64,000 bases of DNA from NCBI GenBank assembly GCA_040954595.2, contig CM082586.2, forward strand, positions 6,620,509-6,684,508, written 5' to 3'. The position numbers and the translations under genes were made by a program. This stretch comes from Balanoglossus misakiensis. Taxonomy: Eukaryota > Animalia > Hemichordata. Shown piece by piece: positions 37,563 to 50,100 of the stretch (the first letter of the stretch is position 1; every line of letters begins with the position of its first letter). The notes under the pieces were generated by a model, which did not search any database, had not been told where the DNA came from, and saw nothing but the letters and a program-made list of their open reading frames with translations.

Positions 37563-40500
37563 TTAGCCATCTAATTCACCAGCATTTACAGCATCTTGGT
37601 ATGATTTGCCTTGTTTCTGTGCGGCATCTAGTTTGATCATGTCGTCGATTCGTAGGATGGTGATCGCTGCCTCCGTGGCGAACTTCAAACTTTTGATTTT
37701 GCAAATGGCTGGCTCGAATACTCCCGCTTTCTTGTTGTCTCTCACTTCTCCCGCCACGAGATCCAAACCGACCCTGCAAGGAAGGAATTATTCCAACAAT
37801 TAACGGAAAAACTTAAGGTGCATTTGTGTGATCTTGACCGTTGGAAGCCAAGAGATTAACCCTTTCACCCCCCCCCCCTCCAGTTCCCTATTAAGAGGTC
37901 CAACCTTACCATAGAAAACAATAGGTTTGGACTGAACCATTTCGGTGAAAGGGTTAAATGGCCAGCTCGGTGTCACTTGAATGTGGATATGTGAATTGAA
38001 TGCTTGGCGTAAAAGATATGTTCCCGGGTGAATTATAAACAGTGTTTTCTATGAAATCTGAGGGAAATTTTTTTGGTATTTTTTTTCTTGCAGTCAGATA
38101 AGGTCAAATAAACAAATTCAAAGGACATGCTTATATACTTCTGGGAAGTTGAGTATTACTACTCAATGAGCATCCGGGAACTTGCATTTGGTGTCACTTA
38201 CCATTTAAGGTGTTTGTGTTCAGCATTGACTTGTGACATATTGTGGTAAGCCCTCATTTTGGCCACCAAGTCTGTTGAGTCCTGGGCAGCATTCACGGCC
38301 AGTGTCTTCGGAATGACAAGTAGACTGTTGGCAAACTCCGCAATTGCCAGCTGTTCTCTAGAACTCTGTGAAATACAAGATCCAAAGGAATATGAATACC
38401 AATACAGAGCTGTCCATAGTGTGCCCTCTAACAAACATAATTTTTAAAAGCTTTGAGTCCATTTGAGGATTTCTAGAAATTTCTCTGAGTCAGCCCTATA
38501 CCTTTGCATGTAGTGTGGGGATAATTTTTGTTAGTCACTAGTGAGTTTGTTGAGTCAGTGGCGTTTCATATGGGCTTAGAGGGCACACTGGCTGCTAATT
38601 ACACAAACCAGTTTTTTTTCGCAGTCATTTCAAACTCTGGGACATTAAAGGGAAGGGGTCGTTGTGCCGCAAGGGTATCCCCCTTGATGAGAATATGCCC
38701 ACCCATACCAGCGCAAACCCCACTGCAGTCACCACGACCTACTAGGATCTTCAGTTGCTGCCATGCCCAGTCTACACTACAGTTGGCTGCTTCGTTCATT
38801 CTAAGAATGTGGATGAATTGTAATGTTTATAAACAAACGCGGCGCGACGACCCCTTCACTTTAATATACGTAATGATTTTCCAGCAGTTTTTGAGGTCAA
38901 ACCATTCCACGAGACCACCAAACGGGGTTGAAACCCAATGTGCACAAACACACCACACTTACCAGGGAAGTAGCGAAGTTTTCGAGGTAAATGGAGAGGG
39001 CCGCCTCCACACAACCGCCACCGGGTACAACCGTCTTGCTCTCTAGTACACGCTTGACGACGCACAGCGAGTCGTGCATGGATCGCTCCATTTCATCGCA
39101 CATGAAATCGTTGGCACCGCGCAGGATCACCGATGCAGCACTACGAACTTTAGGCCTGTGGGGGGAAAACAACAGAAATACTGTGTCAAGAATCACAACA
39201 TCTACATAAATTAGTAAACTGTTTTGTTTCAGTCAAAAGTCAAGAAACAATTCCTATAATTCAAAGTGTGTACACTGCAGTTTAACCCTTTCACCAACAT
39301 GGTTCAGTCCAAACCCTTTGTTGTCTATGGTAAGGTTGGACCTCTGAAGAAGGAACTGGGGGTGAAAGGGTTAATGTGCAGCGCATAGACATCCACTGCA
39401 CTGGAACTGCAGATGGCAATCAACGACGGATCAATTATCAAAAAAGCACTTACCCTTTGATGAGTAAAAGTTCATCATCGCAAATTCTTTCTTGTACAAC
39501 TTCCTCGGCCTGACCTAACATAGATGCTTCGAAACTCTCATCCCCTTCAAGATTTGCTAGTGTTGGTAGGAATGTGGCTACACAAAAAGTACAGAAATTG
39601 TGTTAGACTATTAGAAGCACCAAGTTTCAGCAAGCAGCAAATAATTCTTCATCAGAAACGAACATTCCAATGCACTGTGCGGATACTGTAAAACACTTTA
39701 TTTTCACGAGCAATAAATTTTCGTGAAATACGCGCGAGCCAAAATAGCGTGAAAATAAAAAGTCGCATAATTTTTTTTAAGATAACGATGCAGTGAATAA
39801 GAGAATGCGAAAATTAATACTCGCGAAACAGTGGCCTCTCTCGATATCACGAAAATTTCAACTCGCGAAAATAAAGTGTTTTACAGTACTCTATATAGAG
39901 AGACAGACTCGAGATGACACCAGGAATTATATATACCTCCTGTGGCCTTTGCTATTCTCTTCAGATCATGCTTCTTGCATCTCCTGACGGCCATTGCACC
40001 AGCCTCTACAAAGTACTTCAGACACAGATCATCAATGCCACCAGTGGTTAGAATCACATTGGCGCCAGCGTTCAGGATCTTCTGAATTCGCTCCTTGGTG
40101 ATGTCAGATTCCCTGGAATAGCAAGAAGAAAATCTTTATTAGCCTCAAAGCTTTCACATTGTACAATTTACAGTTACCTATTTCATATTTCCTGTCGTCA
40201 TTGTTTATACATGAATACATGAATACATAGATACATGAATACATAGATACATAGATACATACATACATACATACAGACAGACAGACTTGATTATACTGTG
40301 GAGAATTTGACTCTCATTTATTTTCATAACTTCTTTCTGGACAATCACTCACCTTTGTCTAATAGCATCCAGTTTATCGGGATTATCCACAATGACGTGA
40401 ACTCCTAGATGCATCTTGGCTTTTTGCAAATTGAAATCTAGACAGGCGATCTTAGCATTGGGAATACGCTTCTTCATTGCTGTGAAACGGGGAAAAAAAG

Positions 40501-43163
40501 ACAATGAACACGTAAAAAAAAAGTTTGCAGTAATCAAGATAGCAGGTAAAAATATTCCTGTCAGAAATTTTACCAACTGTGGAAATATGGGAAATCAAGG
40601 ACAAAAATTCCTAAAACCTCGTTTGACAGATGAGGCACAACATGTCAAATTCTATATACAATCAAACCTGTGTTTGTGGCCACCTATATAGTGGTCACTT
40701 GTGGTCACAGTCCTTGTGAAATTTACATGTGCATTAATAAACTTGTCTGTAATGGGCACCTGTCTATAAAAGCCAGTTTGGGAATGTCCCTTGACTGGTT
40801 GCTACAAACAGGTTCGACTGTATTGCATAAATTCCCTAATCTAGATAAAATACCGATAAGTGAACAATGTCACACACATACCTTGGGACGCCACAGTGCA
40901 GTTGAGAGCATAACCTGGTACTAGTGTAGATTCCAGGGCACTACGGCCATGCGCCTTCAATACATTGATGGCTCTGATTGGATACCTGGCTTTGCCAGCC
41001 GGGTCAGTGATCTTGACTGCCATCACTGCGTCTACGACCATGTTAGCGAAGAAATCGGCATCTCTGTGATTTGTGGGGTTAAGGCAAATGTCATGGTTGA
41101 AAGAAAAATACTTTTTGAAATGCAACTAATTTGAATATTTGCAAGAAACTTTTCAACTGGATCATCACCATAAACAGTAAAGGATACCGTCCAATCAGCT
41201 TGGAGGACATAGATGTCTTGGCAGCACTGATGATACAATCTCGTCCGAGTTCATCAACGCCAATCGTCAGATGTTCTTGGATGTACTTGCAGGCCTCTCT
41301 GTAAATATCAAACAAGAATAATACAGCAATGTTTATGGTACATTTTGCAATCAAAAATTGTTGTTCTCCAGAGAAAATTCAACAGAATAAGGTACAGCAA
41401 ACATTTACAGCATGGAAGCGCCTGGTATCAGATACTTACTTGCAAGCTAACCTATATCCACTTATAATGGATGTTGGATGAATTTTCTGTTTAACCAACT
41501 CATCAGCATTCTTCAGTAATTCCGCAGCGATGATCACCTATTTGGGGGAAAATCGGGCACAGATATAAGCAGATATTCTTGGCAGGTTCAGCATGGACGT
41601 TATTCTTTTGACATTTTTGCAGTTAGGTCTGTTCTTCAGTTTAAATAACCCTTTTACCCCCAAGTTCTCTCCTTAGAGGTCCAACTTTACCATAGGAAAC
41701 AATGGGTTTGGACTGAACCATGGTGGTGAAAGGGTTAATATAAATCACAAACAGTGTCGAAAAGTTTGCAGCTTTGTCATCATTGACACATGTCAGACAA
41801 TGGTTGGAATAATCACCACACGATGTGTATGTGAATCTGACAGAAGAGAGACATACCACAGATGTAGTGCCATCACCGACTTCTTGGTCCTGCAAGTCAG
41901 CCAACTCGCACAACACCTTGGCAGCAGGATGCTGCACTTCGAGCAACTTGAGAATTGTAGCTCCGTCATTGGTTATAGTTACGTCCTGATCAAATTGAGA
42001 GAATATTGTTATGAAACCTTTTCACTAATTGGATGTATTTGATTGGTGGTAACATGATGTGAAATAGAAACGAACCAATCACAGAATGTTTCACAAATAA
42101 TCATATACTTTATGCTAATTTCCCTTCCATGATTTTACTACATACAATGCATGTTTAAATTTCTATTTCTCTTGGTTTGTCCATAGTAACTGTGTTTAGA
42201 TTTTCATATGACATTGTATAACGTTAACCCCAAAGTCATTTGCTGTTAATTTCTCATGCACACTTACCCCAATATCATCCACTAACATCTTGTCAAGACC
42301 AACCGGTCCTAGAGAACTCTTGACAATATTGGATATAGTTAAAGCTGCCATTACTGCAAAACAATAAAATTTGGTTGGGTAATACATAAACATGAGAGCG
42401 ATGATCTAGGACAAATGGGACTGAATTTAGCCACAATGTTACTATGCAGTTGTATTAAGCATCAGAGATCTTAACCGCACCACATTGTGAGAAATGGAAC
42501 TGATGCGATGGTGGTCATTTCTCATTGTAGAAACAGGGGACCTCATCAGTATGTGGATACAGTATCCACATAGAAATGTCAAATGTCATCGGCCTACCCT
42601 TCAGCGATTGTGTATAGTATTTTCAAATAATGTGAATGTCGCTATGTCATAATGTGTTGGGGATGATATCGCGATTCACTGCGAGAAACTTTGTAAAAGT
42701 AAATGATAACGGGGATCACAGAACCACTACATTATTGCCGTTGTCATGAGGATTTGAAGACATGACTCAGCTCAAGCTCAATTTCATTTTCAGCGGTGGG
42801 ATATTCAACTGGGGAGTTAATTAGAATCACGCTGGAAAGACAGTGCCCGCCTTTAACACATTTTCGGGAAAATTTTGACGAACGTAAGTTCTGTGCGCTT
42901 CAGATTTCCGGAAGAAAATTACATGTCATTTGTAACGTTTGTCAGCACATGACACAGCATGGCCGCCGCCATGATGGAATGTACACCTCATACTCGACGG
43001 ATGGCCGGGGTTAAAATTTAAGTAGAATTTCGACACGGTGCTTTCGTTTCATGACCCACACTTGTAGAAGCCACAATTCTGAAATTGCCTTACCATTTTG
43101 TTCCCGAACTGACGACCCGGTCGTCCTTTCGCCGCTGAACGAGAGTGCTGAGTTAGCCGACAT
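37563..43163 (-). CDS. TCP1: T-complex protein 1 subunit alpha (CCT1), 12 exons, ~556 aa
   Basis: Exons 43163-43094, 42353-42268, 41985-41857, 41537-41440, 41298-41188, 41063-40882, 40479-40353, 40112-39937, 39577-39454, 39155-38963, 38365-38202, 37773-37563. Motifs [42 protein letters not shown]. Confidence 0.98.
37860..37953 (+). mobile_element. piggyBac-like mini-MITE (family E)
   Basis: TTAA-CCCTTTCACC...GGTGAAAGGG-TTAA. Confidence 0.85.
38417..38590 (-). mobile_element. hAT-like MITE (family A) copy 2
   Basis: TIRs (T/C)AGTGTGCCCTCTAA...TTAGAGGGCACACTG. The body is the reverse complement of 5257-5429 and the TSD is degenerate. Confidence 0.8.
38649..38860. mobile_element. Kolobok-like MITE (family G), TTAA target site
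   Basis: TTAA-AGGGAAGGGGTCGTTG...CGACGACCCCTTCACT-TTAA. Confidence 0.75.
39286..39370 (-). mobile_element. piggyBac-like mini-MITE (family E), inverted copy
   Basis: TTAA-CCCTTTCACC...GGTGAAAGGG-TTAA. The body is the reverse complement of 37860-37953. Confidence 0.85.
39686..39886 (+). mobile_element. Tc1/mariner-like MITE (family B) copy 3
   Basis: Same TIRs and body as 5965-6172, with TA flanks. Confidence 0.9.
40659..40820 (+). mobile_element. pogo/Tigger-like MITE (family F) copy 2
   Basis: TA-CAATCAAACCTGTG...ACAGGTTCGACTG-TA, similar to 29246-29424. Confidence 0.8.
41064..41187 (-). other. U12-type (minor spliceosome) GT-AG intron 5 of TCP1
   Basis: Minus-strand 5' site GTATCCTTT, canonical branch site CCTTAAC (41084-41078) and ..CAG 3' end; 124 nt. 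Splicing restores KLIGR|DADFF. Confidence 0.95.
41649..41734 (+). mobile_element. piggyBac-like mini-MITE (family E)
   Basis: CCCTTTTACC...GGTGAAAGGG-TTAA. The body matches 37860-37953. Confidence 0.8.
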
Positions 43164-43779
43164 GTTTGATCGTATCTAGAATGTCGAAGATTGCCGAATA
43201 GTGCCGATCGATAACTTCGGAAGCTACCGCTGGGTGCGCTGTACATTAGAGCGCGTCTAGTCATACTTCATGGGCTTCATGTACTTGCACAAGTTGTATT
43301 GACTCAGACGCTCGGGGACCCAGGAATACGGCAGTTATGAGCCTCGGGCGTACACCTAATAACAATCGACGGTGGCATGTACATTTTATGACACTTGTGC
43401 TATGTCTTTGCGCAGTTTGTGCGGTTCTCGTATTGTTCAGAAGGTTTGGTGAACAAGATGCAGTAATGTTGAGGCATGTTTTAAAAGTGTTGCTTCCAAC
43501 ATCTTGTTTCTACTTTGCTTCAGTTTCTAAAGAAAAAAATCAGCGTCCAGAGCTTGTTTCAATGAATGATAGCTGAATAATGACATGAAATCATAGTTGT
43601 AGTTGGCTTTGTTTAATTTCAACAATACTTACAAAAATACAGGAATAATATACAAGTGTGTTGAACAGATTCACGTGTACAGTGAAAGTCTTATCGTACT
43701 ACTTAGGCCATGAAAGGCTTTTCATGAATAATATTTCACTATTTTCTTTGCCCAAATCTGGACCCTGCAGCCACATCGT

Positions 43780-43783
<4 letters not shown>

Positions 43784-43832
<49 letters not shown>
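43784..43832. repeat. (GA)n microsatellite
   Basis: Perfect dinucleotide run. Confidence 0.97.
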
Positions 43833-43834
<2 letters not shown>

Positions 43835-45699
43835 AAAGGCAACGACGGTAACCTGGAATGGGGGCGCTCTCGTACTGACCTCAGCCAGCAAGCGTAATAC
43901 AGAAGCAATCTGTCGAGCGAAATACAACTAACGCGCATTTGGGTCAACGAACGTCATATATGATAGAACGAGAAAAAAACCATCGCATTCAAAATGGCAA
44001 CGTATTACCGTCCGCTCAGAGGATGACGTGTCCCGAAAGGTAGAGTAGCCCTTACACGCTTATTTGCGGAAGGTTTAACCGTCGGAGCAAATGTAACGAA
44101 CGGCCTCATTATTCACGATTTTCCGTGACATCCAAACTCCCATACGTCACCGAATTGTATATTGGGAAAAGAGATTTTCCAGTGGGAAGGGTTTTTTAGC
44201 GAACCGTTCTGTTATGACGTGTTCATATCTCGCAGTGTGGTGCTGTGAAACCCAGCTATCAAAGCACAATGCTGGTACATGTTTTATTTTAGTCCGTATG
44301 TGACTGTCGCGCCTGCTTTTCACAGTTCGGACTAAATTTGTCGAATAGCGGAGAATAGACTGTACCGACGTCATTTCCGCATGTGGTATATTCCCGCGGG
44401 GATATCGGAGAAATGATAAATTAAACAGAGGAAATATGACGCACAAGCGTAAACGCGTCACCCAAGAGTACAAGATAATTCCTAAACCAGTTTGATATAG
44501 AGACTCCATCTTTTTTCCCCAACCGATTATTGCAAGCGTTCATCCATCTGTAACAGGAAGTAGCGGGAATGGCCGCATCATAATGTCTCAAGGTTGCAGG
44601 AAGCCGCCATTTTTAAACAGCGAGCGATGGAGAACCGGATCGGGGTAGATTGACGACTATACACTTCTCTGAGAATCCGAATAAATTCCTTTCGCTTTGC
44701 CGACTGAACGAATGTCGTGCTTTAGCCTTAGCTATAAATAGTAGGTTGCCATCACTTGTTTGTTTTTCACTGGTATCATTTTCCGTCGTCAAACATGTCT
44801 TTATTAAAAATCCGACTTCATCAATGTGACCTTCGCATAGAGATTTTTACATACACACGCACACGCATAACGTGGCACACACCTAGTTTAGTGCAGAGCA
44901 ATATGGTCTCAACAAAAAAAAACATGTGCAAATGAGAATATATTTCCCCATATGCCATCACGATCCAATTTCAAGGTCGCACTCAGTTTTTATTCTATCC
45001 CCTCTTTGAAATTTCGCGTCTACTTCCATAGACAAGTCTTATTTCCAACTGATCACGGACAGGAAAGGCATACCCATACTATACGTAGTTCTCTTCGCGA
45101 TTCGATCATCTGACAATGTGCGTGTTTTTACATATTACCGCAGAAAAAAATTCCGTTTTCAAATTTTAACATTTCTTTTTATAATGAAGGGAAAGAAAGA
45201 TTGTATGTTTCATGCGTATTTTATTGTGCGATTTATGATATGCCACACCCTTTTGCCCGGGGGACAACACACCATTCCGGGTTTATTTCGAACACCTGTT
45301 ACCGACGTGAGTTACCATGCATCGCAAATTATTCACGTGACAGTTATATTTATTTATATACACATCAATTAAAACGGAGTGCTGGAGTGTGATAAACCGT
45401 AACGGTCGTAGGCTAAACTGTCACTTTGTGATGGCATTGAGGACCCTTGCATAACATACTCTTATAAGCCTGATGGCAGAAGTTGGTCTGGAACACGAGC
45501 AGTATCCCGAGCGTCGGGTACGCGTATGACCAGTAAACTGATCGACGCACAAGTGTATTCGTACCTGACTCCAACCCGCTCTACTTATCGATCGATTTTT
45601 CTGTCTTTTATATTCACAGGTGTTTTACTTCTTATAAATTACGAATGCACAAACCGTTCTAGCGTTTAGGGTTTTTACATTTTTCAATACTGTTGAAAT

Positions 45700-47028
45700 A
45701 TGGCTCTCAAGTTAGGCGACTCCGCAAAACACCCGTCCACGTCGACGATGAAGACGGTCGTAAAAGCGTGCGTGTACGACGACTACGAGGTGCTGGATAC
45801 GTTGCTACGCGACGGCAGCGTCCACGTCAACGCGCACATCCTCTTCGATAACGTGCAGAAGCTGGAGAAGTACTTCCAGTATAATCTTGGAGATAAGTTG
45901 AAGAAGGTTACACCGATTCAGATCGCGGCGAAGCTGGGAAGTCCCAAATGCATGCGGGCGTTGCTGCAGCACGGCGCTAACCTGGACATCGCGATGCCCT
46001 ACTTCTCGCCGCTGGCGATCGTCTGCCGGTCGCTGCCGAAAAGTCCCGAGTACATGGGCCGGTTTGAGGAGTGCATCATGATGCTGGTCGAAGCCGGGGC
46101 GGATTTGACGCACCTGCAGTCGTGCGCCTCCCCCGTCACGGGGTACGGATCGCTTCTGCATCTCCTGGTGAACAACAAGATGAGCGTGGGTCTGATGCAG
46201 ACGGTCGTCCGGCACGGCGTGGAGATCAACGTCACCGACTCGCGGGGGCAGACCCCGCTGCACTACGTCATGTTCCTGTCCGAGCCCATCGAGGTGTTCG
46301 TCCGGGCGCTCCTCGGCCTCGGCGCCGATCCGGACATGCAGGACGACGTCGGCTGCAGCCCGATGCTGTACTGCGCCTCTCACCAAGACAACCCGCGACT
46401 CCTGCAGCTGCTGTACGACGCCGGCGGCGACCCGAACATCACCGACCACTACGGCCAGAACGCCCTACACCTGGCGTGCAAACACCTGAAACTGGAAAGC
46501 ACGAACTTTCTAGTGGAGCGCGTGTTCGACATCAACGCCAGAACGTACAGTTTCAACACGGCGGCCAATTTCCTCCTCATGAAAGTGGCCGAGAACTACT
46601 GGAGCATGGTGGACAAAAACCGCGAGGTGGCGCTCTGCATCCAGAAGGTCCTCAACTACGGCGGGATCATCACGCGTTCGGTGGTCGAGGACCAGGCGGT
46701 GCGCTACCTGCAGAAGCTGCACAGAAACCACCGCGAGAGCTACCCACTGGAGATCCTGGGCATGGTCATCAACACCCACCCGCGCGTCGGCGTCGTCCAC
46801 CTCAAAGAGGAGCTGTCGACACTCACCCGTCCCCTACCGCCCAGGCTGGACGCCTTCTTCCGACAGCTGTGCGCCACGGAGAAGATACCGCGCCGCCTGC
46901 AGCATCTTTGTCGCTGCGCCATCCGGGGCTACATGGGAAGTCGGTGTCACCTGACGTTTTCTCACACCACCCTGCCGAGAAAACTGCAGTCGTATTTGGT
47001 ATTAGAGCCATCAACTGATATAACTTAA
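45700..47028 (+). CDS. Ankyrin repeat and SOCS box (ASB-like) protein, single coding exon, 442 aa
   Basis: Ankyrin repeats (TPIQIAAKLG, GQTPLHYV, GQNALHLAC) and a C-terminal SOCS box PRRLQHLCRCAIR...LPRKLQSYL. Strong GC3 bias. 5'UTR acceptor CAG at ~45619. Confidence 0.92.
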   Translation: MALKLGDSAKHPSTSTMKTVVKACVYDDYEVLDTLLRDGSVHVNAHILFDNVQKLEKYFQYNLGDKLKKVTPIQIAAKLGSPKCMRALLQHGANLDIAMPYFSPLAIVCRSLPKSPEYMGRFEECIMMLVEAGADLTHLQSCASPVTGYGSLLHLLVNNKMSVGLMQTVVRHGVEINVTDSRGQTPLHYVMFLSEPIEVFVRALLGLGADPDMQDDVGCSPMLYCASHQDNPRLLQLLYDAGGDPNITDHYGQNALHLACKHLKLESTNFLVERVFDINARTYSFNTAANFLLMKVAENYWSMVDKNREVALCIQKVLNYGGIITRSVVEDQAVRYLQKLHRNHRESYPLEILGMVINTHPRVGVVHLKEELSTLTRPLPPRLDAFFRQLCATEKIPRRLQHLCRCAIRGYMGSRCHLTFSHTTLPRKLQSYLVLEPSTDIT

Positions 47029-47074
47029 TAAAGCCCTCAAAAGAGTCAAAATAGCTCAACGCAGGTTACAGGCG

Positions 47075-47132
47075 AGACTGAAAGATTCAGTCGTAGTAAA
47101 GGGCGCTCACACTCGACTGAATCTTTCAGTCT
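47075..47132. repeat. 19-bp perfect inverted repeat downstream of the ASB stop codon
   Basis: AGACTGAAAGATTCAGTCG (47075-47093) and CGACTGAATCTTTCAGTCT (47114-47132), with a 20-nt loop. Confidence 0.9.
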
Positions 47133-50100
47133 AGTTTATTAATACAGGCATACTAAAAAAAGAAGGGAGACAGCCTAATATCTAAAACATAAACGGTTTG
47201 ATTCTAAAATTCATTTTTGAAAGGGCATTACTGGTGAATTTATAGGAAAGATAAATTTAATTTTGCTCGCCATTTACATATGAAATCCGCTTCGATTACG
47301 TTTTATCATAGACAGTAAACAAGAGAGTGGGATATCAAGATTGTTAGCGGAAAGAGGTGTTTGATGTGACGTCACTCAGCTCATATCAACGTGACGTCAT
47401 ATTTTACATTACGCGACATGACGGCAGGGCAAATTGACAAACGGCAGGGTATTATAATGCAATGTAAAATGAACGAAATTGTATATGTATTGATGATCAT
47501 CAGATAAGTATTTACGAAAATGATATTGATATAATAAGATATATGAAATGATATATTGAAAGGTTTGATTGACAAAGGTGATTTATGATAATATATTGGA
47601 TTTAATGTGAGATTATGAAAATTATATTCGACAAAGCAGGGTACTTGGCATTGAAGATATTTTAATGAATTTTCTTTTGCGACTTGAAAGGTCCATATGC
47701 TAATCGAGCAAGCAGTTCTAGGGCTGGGACCATGTATTATTTTTTTTTAATTATTTTAAAGATTGCATGATAAGCATTTACACAACTCAGTGTGGAAGCA
47801 AAGCGCCCACACTGATGTGACCTTGTTTGAACTCTAGCTGACGACGTTAACGTTTACATGTATGTAGTTGGTGTGATTTTTTGTGGTGATAAGTGTTCAT
47901 TGGTATATCATGTGTCATTCTCTCTAACTTAAATGGAATTTTGCTCCCTAGGCAAGTGATAAAAAATCTCGCGTAGCCACCTGAGTGATGGACGAGTCAT
48001 GAAAGAAAATACATAGTCAAATTTGGGTTCATTCTGATTTTTTACCAGAAGGAAAACATCTTTTGTAGGTATGACGTCACATGTATTCAGAGAACTTCTA
48101 AAACCCAAGGCGATACCAAGGGATTCAAGTTTATGGTTGCTAAGGAGGACTTTCAAAAACAACGAAAATGTAGGAAAAAACACGGAACAGTAAAATTTTG
48201 CACGTGCAGCTGTGGGCTTTTGGAACCTTGCCAACGTAGCTGTAAATCAATGCAACAGCACCTGTTTGCATGAAGTAAAAAGCTATTTAAGATAGGAGAA
48301 TTGGACCAATCAGACTAAATCGAGCAATATGTCATGCGAAATAAAAAAAAATCGACACACATTTTGCAATGAGGACAGTTATTTATACCGTTGCGTGAAT
48401 GTGTTTGGCTGGCACGTTTATGGTTGAAGGCGAGACTGTATGTGTATGATTGTGTGTATGTATATATGTATGTATGTGTGTGCGCACGTGTGTGTGTGTT
48501 TATGCATGCTTACTATACATATACAGGACTCTCTTGTTGAGGTTTTGTGTTCTGGACTCCCGCCTACAGTTAAGTTTCGTGATGTCAAGGGCGTATAGCA
48601 TGTATGTCATCAGCATAGAGGTCAAGTGTTTGGTGACTGCCTTCAAGTTGAATGCATCTCTTTCAAAGATCCGCTATGATTAGTGAAGCCATCATCAAAT
48701 ATGCCTTATCGTGTACAACTTCTATCCAGATTTTAAATTCCGTTGGAAGGGAACAAGAGAAGATCCGTGTGTCCAAATAAGACGCGAAGCCTTCGGGTTG
48801 CAAGGCCATCCGCGATTGTCACAATCAATTTTCGCACATCCCAACTGAAAACGGGAGATTGGTCGGTCCCACCATGAGAGCCGAGACCTTGTCTTGACGT
48901 GACTGGTGTCAGCTATGCAAACTGGCCACCTGCCTCGGTTCAATCAATCACTGCGGGGTTTATTTCAAAATAGGGAACCCGTTTTTATTTTACCTGAGTG
49001 CATATGCGTCCGCCAGTTCAGCCGAGCGTAGAGCGCATGTATTGTTTATGGTTGAAACGCATACCTTTCTAAGGTCATATAGGGTGAATCGTCGTCTCTT
49101 CTGAAATGTCTGAAATTGTGCAATGTATTCCGTGACGCCACTAACCGAACCAAACCAAACCAACACGCACCCCTGATGATTTTGCATGATAATACGACCA
49201 TTCAAGTCAGACTAAAAGGTAGAAAGGCAAAACTAGAAATAGAAGTAAATGTTGTTTTGTCTTTTTGGGAGGGTGGGGTATTACTTGCACGGTCGTCACA
49301 CGAACCAGGCTATTGACGTGAACAATTGTGACCGCCGCTTAAATGTACTGCAGTATAGGTAGGGTTCGTTCGGGTTGGACAACGTCAAGCTACTGTTTGT
49401 CCGTAAAACGTGGTCTATTGACACTCATGTGTTATTTTCATATATTATTCGATTCAGTCGACGTTCTGACGAAAGCTGGGTCACACCTGACGGTTAGTGG
49501 TAATACGCGGTCGTGATTTATATTGCCAGCATTCGAACCGGAAGCCAGTCGTAAGTATATGAGTCTTGTATAGTGAGCGCCTGCATGACCAGTGCCATTG
49601 TTTTGTGGTCGCAACCCGGGGACATTCACCAGTCGACGGAGACGACATAAAACCAGATAATCAGGTTTGTGACACAAAACCCTAAACCACAGTATTGTCA
49701 GGAAAACCATTTGGGAAATAGTGATTGTACTGGATAATTATTAATTTGAACATTTCTATCTGTTTGCTGCTATCGCTTCTGCTATATATTTTGTCCTTGA
49801 AAATGCACAACCACGATCGCATTTGGCGGCACACCACACTATACCTACACGCGGAGAGTCTTGCTAAAACTGGTTCTAGGTCCAGTATCTCTCTATAATC
49901 GCTGTGTTCTTGTACCGAGGGAAAGGGTCGCGTGTATTGAAACGACCAAACTGACACATAACACACATTCTCAAGTGTTAAAGATATGAACCAATTACTA
50001 GTACATGTAGTAGAACATTAACCCGATGATAATATATACCATTATAATTGTCCAGAGTGCTTATCCGACATGCGCTTGCCGCGTCATAAAACGTGTAGTA

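Noticed and set aside
38649-38860. GC-rich structured ncRNA in TCP1 intron 10
   Set aside because: Bounded by TIRs and TTAA, so it is better explained as a MITE.
42430-42760. Intronic snoRNA in TCP1 (vertebrate TCP1 hosts H/ACA snoRNAs)
   Set aside because: Hairpins and a TGATGA..CTGA pair exist, but there is no proper H box, pseudouridylation pocket or recognisable rRNA guide. An Infernal/snoscan search would be needed.
43170-43230. Heat-shock element near the TCP1 start
   Set aside because: The nGAAn units are imperfect and not correctly phased.
45805-47018. Long antisense and alternative-frame ORFs over the ASB gene (similarly over the CHST and qtc genes)
   Set aside because: Expected shadow ORFs of GC3-biased coding sequence, with no recognisable domains.
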